Shown here one piece after another: positions 13,690-26,294 of a stretch of DNA of 64,000 nt. The notes under the pieces are model-generated. The model had not been told where the DNA came from and did no database searches. It worked only from the letters and a program-made list of their open reading frames with translations. How positions within the stretch are numbered: position 1 is the stretch's first letter; the number at the start of each line of letters is the position of its first letter. Source of the stretch: Botryllus schlosseri (lineage: Eukaryota); NCBI GenBank assembly GCA_051294905.1, contig CM119371.1:1242001-1306000 (forward strand), in the 5' to 3' direction. The position numbers and the translations under genes were made by a program.

Positions 13690-14429
13690 CTGGTCCGGGT
13701 TCGTCATATTCCGATTTTAGAATCAGGCTGCTGCGTGAGTCGCAGAATACCACTTTTTAAATGTTAATCACCTTAATAGCTCTCAGAGAAACGCAGAGAT
13801 ACCTCAAATGTTACTGGCGGTACTGAACTTGAATATTGCTCTCAGAACCACATTCACCACAGCAGAATCCATCACCTCAAAGATCCCCCGTGTGCCCCCA
13901 TCAATGAGTTAACGGCACAATAACAAGCACAAAGAGTAGGCCTATATATGCAATCCTAAAATATTAAATAAAATACCGCTAATTGTCTGTGTTTTGTATG
14001 ATTTGATTTTCTCTTGTCACTTTGTTATGACTACAGGAGTACCGGTACAGCTGTTAGCGATCCTTTTTATTATTGCATTGTTACGTCATATTTTGCCAAT
14101 TTGGTTTTCGTATGTCTATATTTCAGTAAGCTCCTCTTGTGTCGCTAACTCCTGACAAGGCGCACGCGAAAAGCCTTAGAGTCAATATGTTCCACTGTAA
14201 TGAATGCAGACCCAAAAGCAATAGTAAAGATAGGCCTACCCCAATAAGCATTGCTTTGTCACGTATATTTCAAACACAAGAACAACGAAACGTATAGCAC
14301 TTCAACTACAAGAAGCTGTTCGGCATTCCAAGCAATATGCGTTCTTCTGAAGTTTTCTGTGTCTTGGGCAAACCCGTCGGTTGCAAGTGTCACTGGCAAA
14401 ACGGGTACATGCTTTGTTACGTCGAGATG

Positions 14430-15090
14430 CTTGCACGAGTGTATGAACTTAGAAATGAAATAGAAACTTTCCTTGAAAATACAAACATCGCCGACTCATA
14501 ATCTTGTCATCGAAAATGGGTATCTAATCTTGCTTTCGTAGAACATTTAACGTCATATCTAAACAAATTGAATTTGCAACTTCAGGGGGAAACAACTAAA
14601 TAAGCTCACTTTCCTATACTGGAGGAGAGTAAACCTACCAGCACTATACATTTGTAACTGTGATATACCAAATTTAATAAATGAATTTCCATCCACTTTT
14701 CCGACATTCGTTCTGTACAAAATAAATTCTGACTACCCAGTACTCCGGTTAATGTTGGCGCCAATACCATTGCCAGAAAATTTCAAATAAGCCCATTTGA
14801 AATGCCATGCAGTTGAATCGAATGACAAATTTCATACAAAGAGCATATCGCTGATTGACTTTGACAAAGAGTACGTTCTTGAAATGGGTCTTCATCCCAG
14901 CTTGACCATCAATGCAAAAGAAATAGCATCGATTTTTGGTAGCACGTGCGCATGTGAACAATAGTTTTCAACAATGAAATTCACGAAGAGCAAGCTAAGA
15001 TCACGTATCCCAACGCACATTCTGAATATGGCCTGATTCTAGCTTCATCTGACTTGTTGCCAGAAATTGAAAATCTATCACAAAGCAAGC
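14430..15090 (+). pseudogene. Decayed hAT transposase C-terminal region
   Basis: Fragments read LARVYELRNEIETFLEN, KWVSNLAFVEHLTSYLNKLNLQLQGE and SIFGSTCACEQ*FSTMKFTKSKLRSR (hAT dimerisation-domain motif), with stops and frameshifts. Confidence 0.85.
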
Positions 15091-15597
15091 TGCGCAAAGT
15101 GTCACATTTATCCTGCGTTGTTGAAGTGTAGCCTAAATACATGTGTTTTGCTCTTTTTGTGATTTGTATGATTGAGATTGCAGCATTGTAGGGTAATATA
15201 CCGACGTGACTGTTAACTATAGTATTAAGAAAAATTCCGGTCCGGCCCGCCAAAATGTTGTGAACCTGAAATTTGGCCCGCGACTAGCAAAAGGTTGCCG
15301 ACCCCTGGCCTAACCAATTACATTTCATTCACCTTACTCAGCTCTGAGTATTTGTTTGAGTACATTTCATTGACTGTCTTGTATCCTATTCGCTATTAGT
15401 CGTTGCCAGTCGCTCGAACTTTTGATTGTTAGTAGTCGCTTATAAAAAAAATTTTTTTGTATTTTTCAGAGCTCATGATTAGGAATAGTTTGAATACGTT
15501 CATGTTTTTTTTTCTAATTAAGGGGTATTCTGCGTAGTACGAATCATGAATGAAACATGAATAGCTTGAGATTGTTGCTAAATACGTCACTACAGTT

Positions 15598-16306
15598 CAG
15601 TGTTGGGATCAAGTCACTACCTTCGAGTCACGAGTCATCTCGAGTCATTTCACATTTTGACTCGAGTCAAGTCAAGTCAATTAATTTTCGAGCGCGACTC
15701 GAGTCAAGTCAAGTCACGAATCAATCAGACTTTTACCAGTAATTGTAATTATAATTGTACTTACTTGTTCAGCAGTAATTGTAATTGTAGTCAGGGTTCT
15801 AAAGACTCGAGTCACGATTTTCTGATGACTCGACTCAACTCGAGTCAATCTGTGTATTGATTCGACTTGGACTCGAGTCATTACGCATGACTCGAACCAA
15901 GTCATATGACTCGTGACTCGTCAAGCCAAAACCAACATTTCATTGTAATTTCAAAGCATAGTAAATTGACCACACTATTGGGATTCCGTCTATTGGTACT
16001 GGTAGCCTACTTGAAAATGCAACCAAAAACTGCTACAAGTGTGGAAATTTAATATATTATGAATACAAACCATTGTATATCAACAAAATGGGTTATAATA
16101 AGTGGGTTACCAAGAATTTATTCGGAAGCTGAGAAGTCAACACAATGACTTGGACATGAGTCATAATGTCATGACTCGGACTCCACCCTCTGATCGCTGA
16201 CTTGGACTCGGTTGTGAGTTGAAAATGACTCGACTTGACTCGAGTCAAAACTATGAAAATGAGATTAACTTGATTCTCGGAGCCTTCGTGACTAGGTTAA
16301 ACCCTG
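15598..16306. mobile_element. MITE-like element with many GACTCGAGTC/CAAGTC motifs and GTAATT tracts
   Basis: Starts CAGTGTTGGG and ends ...AAACCCTG, with dense palindromic GACTCGAGTC repeats. No clear TSD. Confidence 0.6.
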
Positions 16307-17620
16307 ATGGTAGTTGTAATTTGATAATTTTAGCATAGAGTAATTGTAATCGTATGTAATTAACACATGCAACAAAGTAATTGTTATTGAAATTGAATTT
16401 AATTAACTTTGGAGGTGGCTTTATATTTAAATTAATACAAAGTGCACTAAATTGTGCGTAGCGCCAAGAAAAAATTTCAGTAGCACAAATCTGCTATTTT
16501 TCATGATTATTTGGAAAAGATTTTGAGCGTAATTCGAGCCTTCAAAATTATGGACTTTGAGGCATATATTAAGAATTCCTTTCAGACATAACGTGAACAG
16601 TGAAATCCCAAACATGTCCCGGAAAATGAAGACGTATGGCAATCCTAATAACTTGAGAATTTCGTGAAATCATCGGTGCGCGCATTTTTCAACAAGAGCA
16701 ATGTTAATGTGATGCAGTGATGTGTTAGGATTATACCCACACCGCACTGCGATGATCTAAATCAGTGGTGGCGAAGGGAAAGAATGTTGAGTAATATTCA
16801 TAGGCCAAATTATACCGACTCTAGTGACAAAATTTCTGCACCGAGCAAGTAGTTCTTCATTGAAGCTAAAACGCAATGCAAAATAGTTATATACTGGTCA
16901 GCCGGAGATTAAAAAAGTAACAAAATATGGTGTTAATATCTGTTTTCGCAGCCCTATGTTAGTTTGGGGTCACACGGTCCCTCGCCCCCACAGAAACCTG
17001 AAACGGGATTCAATATTGATGAACCAAATTCCAACGTCACCGTTTATTGTTAAATCTATCTTATACCTCACAGCGTAGTCAGGGCTAACGCCAGATCACA
17101 ACTAAAACAATAAGAGAGTGTAGAAGCATACCAAATTATACCGTCGTTACTCGATATTATTATGTACGTCGGCTTCATGATCAAGTAGTACAGTGACAAA
17201 AAAGAGCATTGGAATTTGAATTAACATTTTGGAGTAATTTGACTGGTCCGGTCCACGAGCGATTTTAAGGTTTAAATCCGGCCAGCTACCCAAGTTGAGT
17301 TTGACACCCCCGATCTATATCCTACCCTCATATCGAGATGATTTTATTCGTACGTCAGCATTAAATAGGAAATATGTCTGAAAAAGGAAAAATTAGTATT
17401 CGATGCACGATGCGATTTTAGTTGACAGATAGGCTACTGCTTTTTTCCAAGTCACTATTAGTATACTGCTGGAAGTCACGCTAGTTATAATGGACGGCCT
17501 TGAACTCGCACGTTGATTACACGGTCCGTGGACTTGGCACTCACTCGGGCCAGACATGGGACTTACAATATACCTTCTGAGTGACATATAAATTCACTGG
17601 TGTTTTGTGCCTAAACTCAC

Positions 17621-17922
17621 ATGTATTCTTTTTTCCAGACACCCCGTAATGATCGCCAACAGCTCATTGTTGATGTTGCAGCTGCGCAAACCCAAGTACA
17701 TCAGACTTTCACTCCTTGCTGCAAGCGATCCAACGATATGAGCTTCATCGCGACTTAATGAAATATCAGATGCATCGATATTGGAAATTTGTCTCATAAG
17801 ATCGCCGTCTCCTGATTCATAGATTGCTGTATAGAGTTCCATGCGAACGCGCTCGTTGTCCTCCTTGAGATGCGAACGGATCGATCGGGCGAGAAATCGC
17901 TTTTTCAGCGACCGATTTGAGA
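17621..17922 (-). CDS. NLR exon after the NACHT: end of the helical domain and first LRR (LMYLGLRSCNINNELLAII), phase 1-0
   Basis: Acceptor attatttgtctgacag and donor CAT|GTGAGT. Its phase 1 matches the NACHT exon donor. Contains a ribonuclease-inhibitor-like LRR motif. Confidence 0.85.
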
Positions 17923-18574
17923 CTGTCAGACAAATAATGCACCTCACTATACGATATTACAATCGAGTAAAGAGGAACAACAGTTTTCACAGAGACACAG
18001 CCAAGCGGTAGAGTTGAAGCCATATTCGCCCACAAATGTTTGACTCATACGCATGTTTTCACAACGACACAATGAATCCTTGACGTATGTCATTGTATTA
18101 GAACCTAAATTCGCATCCTTAAAATTTCCAATTACCCGCCACATATTATTCCGCTGCTTACGCGACTTGATGTACGCAGACTGACTGAATATGAAACAGT
18201 TCTGACTGGATTGATCTTTTACTGCATTGTCTTGGGACAATAGTGCAACAAAGCATGGATTCAATAAGCTCATTGGATCCGTGCCCACCACACAGTCATG
18301 CGTTTAAGATTGATTTTTCTCACAAGATTCAAAACAGTGGTACGAAGTAGTACGAAGGTGCGCACGCTATCAGAAATGAAATTTTTGTGAGGTCTTGATA
18401 AAACTACAGCATCGTCACTAAATCCAATATGGTTGGTATGACCAAAAATATTAAATAATGGTCATGTTATGGACGCAGTACTATTTTTTGTGGCTTTGCG
18501 TATCATACAGCCAGTGGTGGTGTCATGGGTAATGCTAGCATGCTCAACTGGTCTTATAACAAATCTAATGATAG

Positions 18575-19134
18575 TAGAGGTCGGCCGATATTGATTTTTG
18601 CAGTCCGATACCGATTATCGACACACTCACAAGGCCGATAACCGATATCATAGGCCTATATTAATATGGAAGGAGCAGAGAACCATTTCGCTAAAAATAA
18701 TATATATCTATCATGATGGCACTTGTACATGCCACAGAAAGCTGACCAACAAACGAGAAAAATGAAATTAGAATGAAATATTGCTCGATTGTGCACATTC
18801 ATTGAAATTTGGGTTAACCCGACAAGCAAAACATGATACAGAATTGCTGATCAGTCGAGCAGAGGTAGCTTGTAATGTAGGGAAGCATACTTTCCCTGCA
18901 TGCTCACCCAGTTAAACTCGTCCTGCAAGGTTTAATCTGTCACGCATCGCTCTTGGCGTTGCCGATTTCATGAGATTGAAAACACGGAGCACTGGATTTT
19001 CAATATTTTTGAATTTGTTTTATAAATAAAATATTGGCCTCGATACCAGCATTTCATGGACTGATATCGATAATCGGGAAGGTTTCAAATATCGGCTTCG
19101 ATAATCGGTCAGGTTTATAATCCGTCGACCTCTA
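18575..19134. mobile_element. hAT-type MITE (CCGATA/TATCGG motifs); contains the left duplication breakpoint
   Basis: TIR TAGAGGTCG...CGACCTCTA. Flanks AATGATAG/ACTAATAG form a degenerate TSD. Only its right part (39916-40087) is present in copy B. Confidence 0.75.
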
Positions 19135-19652
19135 ACTAATAGATTCGAAACTCCAGTCGTTACGCTGGAATCCACAATGCTGAGCATGTCAATAATAGCA
19201 TAATTAATACTAGTGGGGACCACAGTGTTAAATTCAATAAAACTGAATTTAATCGAAAACAGATTTTGAAAATATCAATTAAAGTTTGATCAGAGTAATG
19301 AAACCACCCCTAAATAGCACTGAAAGGTCATGAAATCGGCGTTGTTCGAGCAATCGAACCGCCACAGGACAATGACGACAACAATGGTCAAACGCGTTGC
19401 GCGACCGTTCTGAACAATGAGGGATCGCGATTAGTAATCGAAAATTGGACTCAAAGCCTGACACTCAGTTCAGAATTGAATCACTCCGATACTTGATATA
19501 TGATCAGACCACACTCGCACCTAGAAACGTATATTTAAATGTGTGTTTTCTCACAGATTCATATTTTCAGTCTCGAGAGTAGCGGGAATACGATAACTTT
19601 TCGAGAAAAGTAGCCAACATCACGGAAAACTATACTCTCCGATGAGACTCAC

Positions 19653-21095
19653 CTTCATGAAGGCTATCCGGCTTTTCATCGCAAATGATGCCGCACACGA
19701 ATCTTCGGACGACCGACCATCGCTCTTTGTGCAGGTGTTTAGAGTTGAAGCTCATGAACTTTGTAAGCGTCATTTCGACTACAAAGCCCGCAGCGAGGAA
19801 TTCTTGCAGACTTTGATGACAGAAGAAGAAAATGAAATCACCCTCCAAAAGATTGCAACTGAGGAGTTTGTTTCCAGGAACCTTCATCATGAGATCTTGA
19901 ACTTCTTCTGTTGAAAGTCCAAACATCCTCAAATCATTTTCACGGAATGCCACTCTCCCTTCTTTCATGCCACGATATGCCATCGCTTTCAATTTATTAA
20001 CAACTCCGGCGATAACCTTAGCATTTCTAATGTTTTTCACGCTGCTTAAAGTGGATATAATTTTTTTGTAGAGTCCTGTGACGGTCTTTGGAGGAGGGTC
20101 GTTCGGATTCCTGGCCATGATCACTGCGGTTAAGACCAGAAACACGGGAATGGAAACTAAATTGATCAGCCTTGGTGACATCTTTTCCATCTTCTCCCAT
20201 GCTTCATCCCCATGCTGACGTATCAGATACAGAAAAAGGTTCTTTGCGTCATCTAGGGTCAGACCAGAAAGTGTGATGATGTCGGCAGGCCGAGCTTCCG
20301 CGGGCAAATCCGAGACTTGAAATTCCCGAGAAGAGATGACAATCTTCGTATCAGCGAGTATATTATGTGAGAGGATATTGAACATGATCGTTGCTGCTTC
20401 GGCTAGAGTATAAGGATTTATGCTTTCGTCGCCATCTCTGTTGATTTTCCACATAGCCTGATCCAAGCCATCGAAAAATAAGACTGAGTCAGACTGATGT
20501 TCGAGCAACCACTGATATGCATTATCCTCATCGATCTCATTCTGAAAGAGGCCACCGAAGAGAAATTTAGATGGTTTGATCAATCCTTTATCTCGCATGC
20601 CTTTTATTTCTATATAATGTATCAATTTATACTTTAGCTGAGAGGGACTTGCAGTGGCTTCTGTATTCGTGAGTGAATGCCCTAAACATTGTCTAGCGAT
20701 TCTACGCATGAGAGTGGTTTTCCCAGATCCTGCAGACGCAACTATAGCGGTGATAGAACTGTCCCCGTTGATAAGTTGTTGCAAAACGTCATCTAGCTCG
20801 ATGAATTTGTTGTCGTCAACTACTTGTCGGAGAAATCCGAATTCCTTTCTGAATTGATTTTTGACAACCTCTTTCTTTTGCCAGAAGAAGAATTTTCTTT
20901 TTACTTCGACTTCCATTCCGTGCACCTCTTCATAATTGCCTTTGAAATATTCTGACTTAGTGACTCTTCTCATCTGGGGATGTACTTGAAAATCAGGTTT
21001 GCTGAGGTCGTCGGCGCCGATGTCTTCGAGGATTCTGTCCGCCGTCTTTTGAGACGTATTATCGTTTATGCATTTTATCAGGGTTGAAGCTTTTT
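19653..21095 (-). CDS. NACHT-domain exon of an NLR (NOD-like receptor), copy A; 1443 bp, phase 1-1
   Basis: Walker A ASAGSGKTT, Walker B VLFFDGLDQ, sensor-1 IVISSR, HD1 SIPVFL, winged helix FCHQSLQEFLAA, HD2 RWSVVRRFVCGI. Acceptor tttttatcttccag and donor G|GTGAGT. Confidence 0.95.
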
Positions 21096-21562
21096 CTGGA
21101 AGATAAAAATATCCTTTCTTCATTATATTTATGAATAGAAATGATCGGACAAAAGCTGTTACCACTTTTTGTTAATATTTTATATGACCTAGGACCTAGG
21201 TATTCAAGAAAGATGTGGAGATTAATACTGTGAATAATGCAGAATTAAGAGGGGCACCGGCGTTCTCAACCTTTGTTCAGCCAATATTCCGGTTTTAAAA
21301 CTTCATGTGGCTTATCCTAGAGTCATGGTCCTGTTCAGTGCGCGGTAATCGCCGCCGCGGATATGCGTATTTGTCTAAAATATGTGCATTTATCTCCGAC
21401 TAATCATATTTTAATTTATACCTCTATACAAAGATTGATCTACTTGCCGGCGTTAAAAAAAGTTTGTGCGGTTGTTTACAAGCAACTCCGTTGCAGCCGT
21501 CGACATGCAAATTGAATAGACTGGCTAATTTTTGAAAGATTTCAATCATTCATTTTCAATTC

Positions 21563-23080
21563 ATTTATCGCGTCAACGACAGGCCTGAATAATCGCATAA
21601 ACAGCACGCTATGTGCGCAAAATGTAATCGCTGGCTACAGTCGCATCTCCAACAGGCCTGGTGCGCACGACGCTATCGTTTGCCTGAGAAATCACATCTA
21701 TAATAGGCCGTATGCGCAAGATATCGTCGCTGGCCTGAACTATCGCGTCTCGGGCCTCGCAGGCTTTGGCTGTTATCTACTATCGTTTTGAGACAATGCC
21801 GTTCAATGTATAATGATTAGCTATGGTTATGTCATGATTGTTCAACAGTGACATAGCAAATCAGAATGAAATCGAATACGAAAACATATATAACTATTCA
21901 TATACTGCGAATGTGGGATGCGTACTATACATGGGTACAGGCTTTTTACCAGAAGTCACACGCCATTTTAAGGGTGCGTATTATACATGGTGGCCCACTA
22001 TATTTGAAAAATGTGGTAGTAGCGCCATTTCCCATCTGAGCCCCACAGTACAGATCTGAACAAAAGAGGAAAATGATGCAGCACCCCACATAGAGAAACC
22101 AAATTGGAATCATCTGTTTATAACGAATGAAATTTGTTTCTGGTACGTTTCGGCGATTCAAATATATTTCCACTCCAGCGACAATCGTAATGGAATGTAG
22201 AAAAATAACTGCATGCAACAAAGTGACTGATAAAAATTGGCCCATGCCAAGATCCATCATCATTTATATCTTGCCCTAAATTTTTGAAAACACCTCCTCC
22301 ATCAACTCTACCGGTTAATATGAGCACACGGGCTGAGAAAAAATGAATGTGAATAGGAATATGACAAATTTCTAATAATAATGAGAAAATTCATAACTAA
22401 ATCTTAAAATTTCTGTGTGACAATGACTATCCCAGCCTTACATGACCACTGACCCGTCACCACTCACGATTTCGGTGTTTATAGTAAGCAGATATGTGTG
22501 AATGTTTTTGTCCTGAGGTCGCCGGAAATAGATACCAAACCGTTTTAACATTCCAGTAGGCTGTAGGTAGGCCTATATCGCGTCCAGTTCTTAACGACTA
22601 TGCCTTTGTATGAGGCCATAGTGCATGGGTAGGTACGTTAAGCATAGGCGTGTGCCTATCAGCTGGAAGTGTTGTGCCATTTAGCGAGATTCGTTTTCGC
22701 TGCACAACGGCAAGCGATCTCTCGCTGAGTGGGTTTGCAATTTTCACGCGAACAAAATCAGGTCATTGATTGCTGTACATGCGCGATCCTCGCTGGCCTG
22801 ATTTATCGCGTGAACAACAGGCCGGAACAATTGCATCTACAGCAGTCCAGGTGTACAAGATATCATCGCTGGCCTAAACAGTCACATCTGCAACAGCCTG
22901 GTCACGCACAAGACATCGTTGTTAGTCTGAAAACTATCACATCTCGGGCCTCGCAGGCTTTAGCTGCTTTGTACAATCGTTTGGAGATAATGCCGTTTAA
23001 GTCCAGAGCCAATGATTAGCGATGGTTTCGCCATGATGGTGCAGCAGTGACCTCACAAAATAAAATGACATCATATCGCC
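21563..23080 (+). repeat. Two diverged ~300-bp direct repeats (about 21563-21880 and 22801-23080) with internal ~50-bp subrepeats
   Basis: Shared tttatcgcgt..aac.acaggcc, tctcgggcctcgcaggcttt and gaga.aatgccgtt..aatgattagc. Both are also present in copy B. Confidence 0.75.
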
Positions 23081-23502
23081 GCGAGCATACTTTAATGTGC
23101 GTAATCTATTTCCGGTAATACTAAAACACAACCATCGCTGGTTCGTCAAAACAGGAAGCTTTTATAACAAGCATATACTCATTTGCTATGCATACACTGT
23201 ACAGTAGTGGTTATCAACCTTCTTGACCTCACGGACTGGTAAAACTTCAAAAAATGTTGAGGACGGTCATCCTTCAAAAATCGAAATTAACTCTAAATTC
23301 AATCAGGGTACTGGTACGACAAATGTATACAGCTCTACCAACTTACATGTGCTATTGAAAACTACATTTAATGCTGTTGTTTTGATATTGGATATTTATA
23401 CATGAATATTTTGGAGTTTCTGCAAGGTTAAGCTAGCGAAGTCCTGTTAAAAACCACGTGGTTGTGCTTGTTGGCTTTTCTCCAAAAGATATTGCTATAT
23501 AC

Positions 23503-24909
23503 CAGTGCTTTTCAACCTTTTTGAGCTCCATTCGCACTTTTTTTGTAAAATAAATTTCATTCGCACAAACTAATCGAAAATTGTTATACAAAAAGAAGAC
23601 GAAGATACTTAACAACATTTTGTTCAGATGTGCAACAAATTAGCTGCCATGTAAATTAAGCTATCAAGTGTCCCATTAAAAAGGTAATTTTTTTCGCTCG
23701 TTTTGATTTCAATTATTTCACTAAAACCCTTCTCGGCCAAACAAGTTTTTGGGTTTTGTACAAAAACGTCTACTAGTGCTTGGATGGCCAGGCCTTAAAA
23801 TCTGTTCTGCACTCCTATCCAAAATACAGCGTATTTTTCGCGAGTGAAAAATGCCTGCCAGCAGAAATCGTTTTGGAGAGCTGACACAAAGGTCCCTTAG
23901 GCTCCAGTTTGTCGAAAAGGAAAAGAGCTCAAATGTTTGTTTTGAGGTTTCTGCCTTATGTATTGGAACATAAGGTGCAAAAACGATCAAGGAGAGTATG
24001 TACATTGGAGCAACGGATCATAAGGTATAGCGAGCTCCAACTTCTGTCTGACGAGTATATGAGACGAGTAAATATACTCACGATACATACCGCCCTCATT
24101 TTATCAGCGGTTTGCTGGCCATAACTATACGTCTTCATGTGCCCCTACGCAGAAGGAGTTGGCTCGAAATGAACGACTCTCATAGGCCTGAACTCGCTCG
24201 TTGCACATCCCTACACCAGTTCATCCCAACGGTCTTCGATTATGTTTTCCAGAAAAAAACAGTCGGACAAATCTTATCATGATTTCTCACGATAAAGCCA
24301 TATTTTATGCGTGTCTCGCATATTGGCTACAGTACCCAACACAGTGCCTTGGATATGTAAAAACTATCGCAGGATTTTTTGCACTAAATTCAACAAATAT
24401 TACATACATATTAACAGATAGCTCTGGCACCGTGTCGACCCAAAATTATATACCCGTTGCGGTTCATACTTTATTACCTCGAAGGGGTAAAAATTTGCGT
24501 TACAGTTACTTGCAAATGTGAGTCTGTAATGATGGTATGTACTATACTATTCTCTTGTCTCGCGCTAGTCGAACAGTTATTACGAAAATATGATGATTGT
24601 TTAGCGAAAGAAAGCAGAAAGTCAATTTAACGTCATTCACTACGGCTTGTGAGAGCTACGATTAGCGGTGCGTCGTAAGTTAAACAAGTTTTTAGAGTTG
24701 CGTCGCCACTACAAAAGTTACACTGACCTCAAATTTCCTGTTAGGTTTATTTGAATTATTCCAAGTCAGAAAAATTAACAATTATTCACGATTTTCATTC
24801 GCACTTTATCCGGATTTTCATTCGCACTGTTCGCACCACCTTCGTCATTCGCACTGCAATTTTTTTCATTCGCACAAGTGCGAACCGTCACACAGGTTGA
24901 AAAGCACTG
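23503..24909. mobile_element. Non-autonomous hAT element with ATTCGCAC subterminal repeats
   Basis: TIR CAGTGCTTTTCAACC / GGTTGAAAAGCACTG. TSD CTATATAC/CTATACAC. Duplicate at 44456-45862. Confidence 0.85.
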
Positions 24910-25239
24910 CTATACACTATTCCAGTGTTTCTTAACCTTGTCGCCAGCACCCCCAACGGGCGTTTTGGATTTTGAAGGGGGAGGAAACGCTGAGGGGGAC
25001 AAGATGGGGGTTGTTGGGCTCAGGAAAGCGGTAGGGGGGCCCTGTAGAAAAAAATTGCCGCTGCAGAGAGTGCAGTAGGGACATAGTAGAGCAACATTTC
25101 CATATATCCCCAAGTTCTCATTGTAAATTAGCATTCGACAAAATCTGTAACATCTCGAAATTTTTCCTCCCACTGCGCGCGACATACATGCTGGCCTTGT
25201 TTGCAACATGTTTCCATGTATGCAGTGATTTATAATCAT

Positions 25240-26102
25240 TAGGGCAAGTTTTGTTGCACTAAAATCGCCGAAAGCAGCTTAATTTTATCAAAGGTTACAG
25301 TAAAAAGGTGCATTTATAATTTTTGTTCAAGTATTAGGTTATGAGATAGTCAAAAGGGACCGTTGTATAACTTAGTTTCTCCAGAGCTGACAAATTTGTT
25401 ACTTCGCCATCTAACTGTCTGACGAAACCGCCGAAAATTACATTTTTAAGGCAAACAGCAAGAAAATCAAGCAATGCGGGAATAATTTCCCCAAAAAAGC
25501 CAACAGCATAGCGATTACCCCCTCCCCCTATAACAAGTCAAATAACACAACCCAAAACCTTTCGGTCTGCAAGCTTGACCCAAGCCATTACCAAAAAAAC
25601 TCACTCCTGGCGACTTCATCAAAATCAATAGGCTCTAGCCTGAAAAAGGTGACCCGGGGTAAATGTAATTTTCAGCGGTCTCGCCTTGGCGTTCGTGAAA
25701 TGGGAAATTATTGTAAAATTTGACGAGAGAATTAATACAGTAATCTATTTCTATATCGTTCGGTCACGGTCGTGCTAGGCAGGGGTAGTTGAACATGCTA
25801 GCATGCCATTGTGGCATAGATACCAGTGAGACGCAGCTAACCAGTCAGATAGCTCTTTGTTATACAAATCAATGGGAATAGAGCCATACTAGAAGTTGTT
25901 TATAGCATGTTTTTAAATCACTCCTTTACATTTGTACGCAATAGTTGATCAAAGTTACGGTAAAAATTAGCATGAAAAATAGAAAAAAGTTGCAGAAAGT
26001 TGCACTATCAAATCCTTTCAAACAGCTTAAAACATTATAGTACATAGATTCCGAGATTTCAAGTTTTAGAAATGGACCTTCACAATTTGAGAACTTGACA
26101 TA
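25240..26102 (+). mobile_element. ~850-bp non-autonomous DNA element (TAGGGCAAGTT termini), paralogous to 33750-34586
   Basis: Colinear similarity to 33750-34586 over its whole length. The latter ends AACTTGCCCTA. Confidence 0.75.
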
Positions 26103-26294
26103 AGTCACTTTGATTCCACGGCAACGATATATTTCCGATATTGACCGTGCCTACGGTCTCCTCTGCTAAGCAATCAACGAATTAAGTACCCACCATTGCA
26201 AAGCGATATCAATTTTCTATAAGCTGTTTCTTAGCCGTACCGTACTAATTAGACATGACTTTCATTGCAAGATGATGATAATCCTACCTATTAC

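Larger units (their letters stand above)
13391..15307 (+). mobile_element. Internally deleted hAT (Buster/Charlie/SPIN-like) DNA transposon
   Basis: TIR CAAGGGTCGGCAACCT / AGGTTGCCGACCCCTG. Perfect TSD GCCTAACC at 13383-13390 and 15308-15315. GGCCCGC subterminal motifs and transposase remnants. Confidence 0.9.

Noticed and set aside
15598..16306. CRISPR-like array suggested by palindromic GACTCGAGTC repeats (also the 200-bp array at 36630-37660)
   Set aside because: No constant repeat with unique spacers of regular length, no cas genes, and a eukaryotic transposon context.
19630..21165. The 511-aa ORF as a complete single-exon gene or a bacterial NACHT defence protein
   Set aside because: Its start is GTG, both ends overlap canonical splice sites, and phase-compatible LRR exons follow. 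The context (LINE, hAT elements, introns) is eukaryotic.
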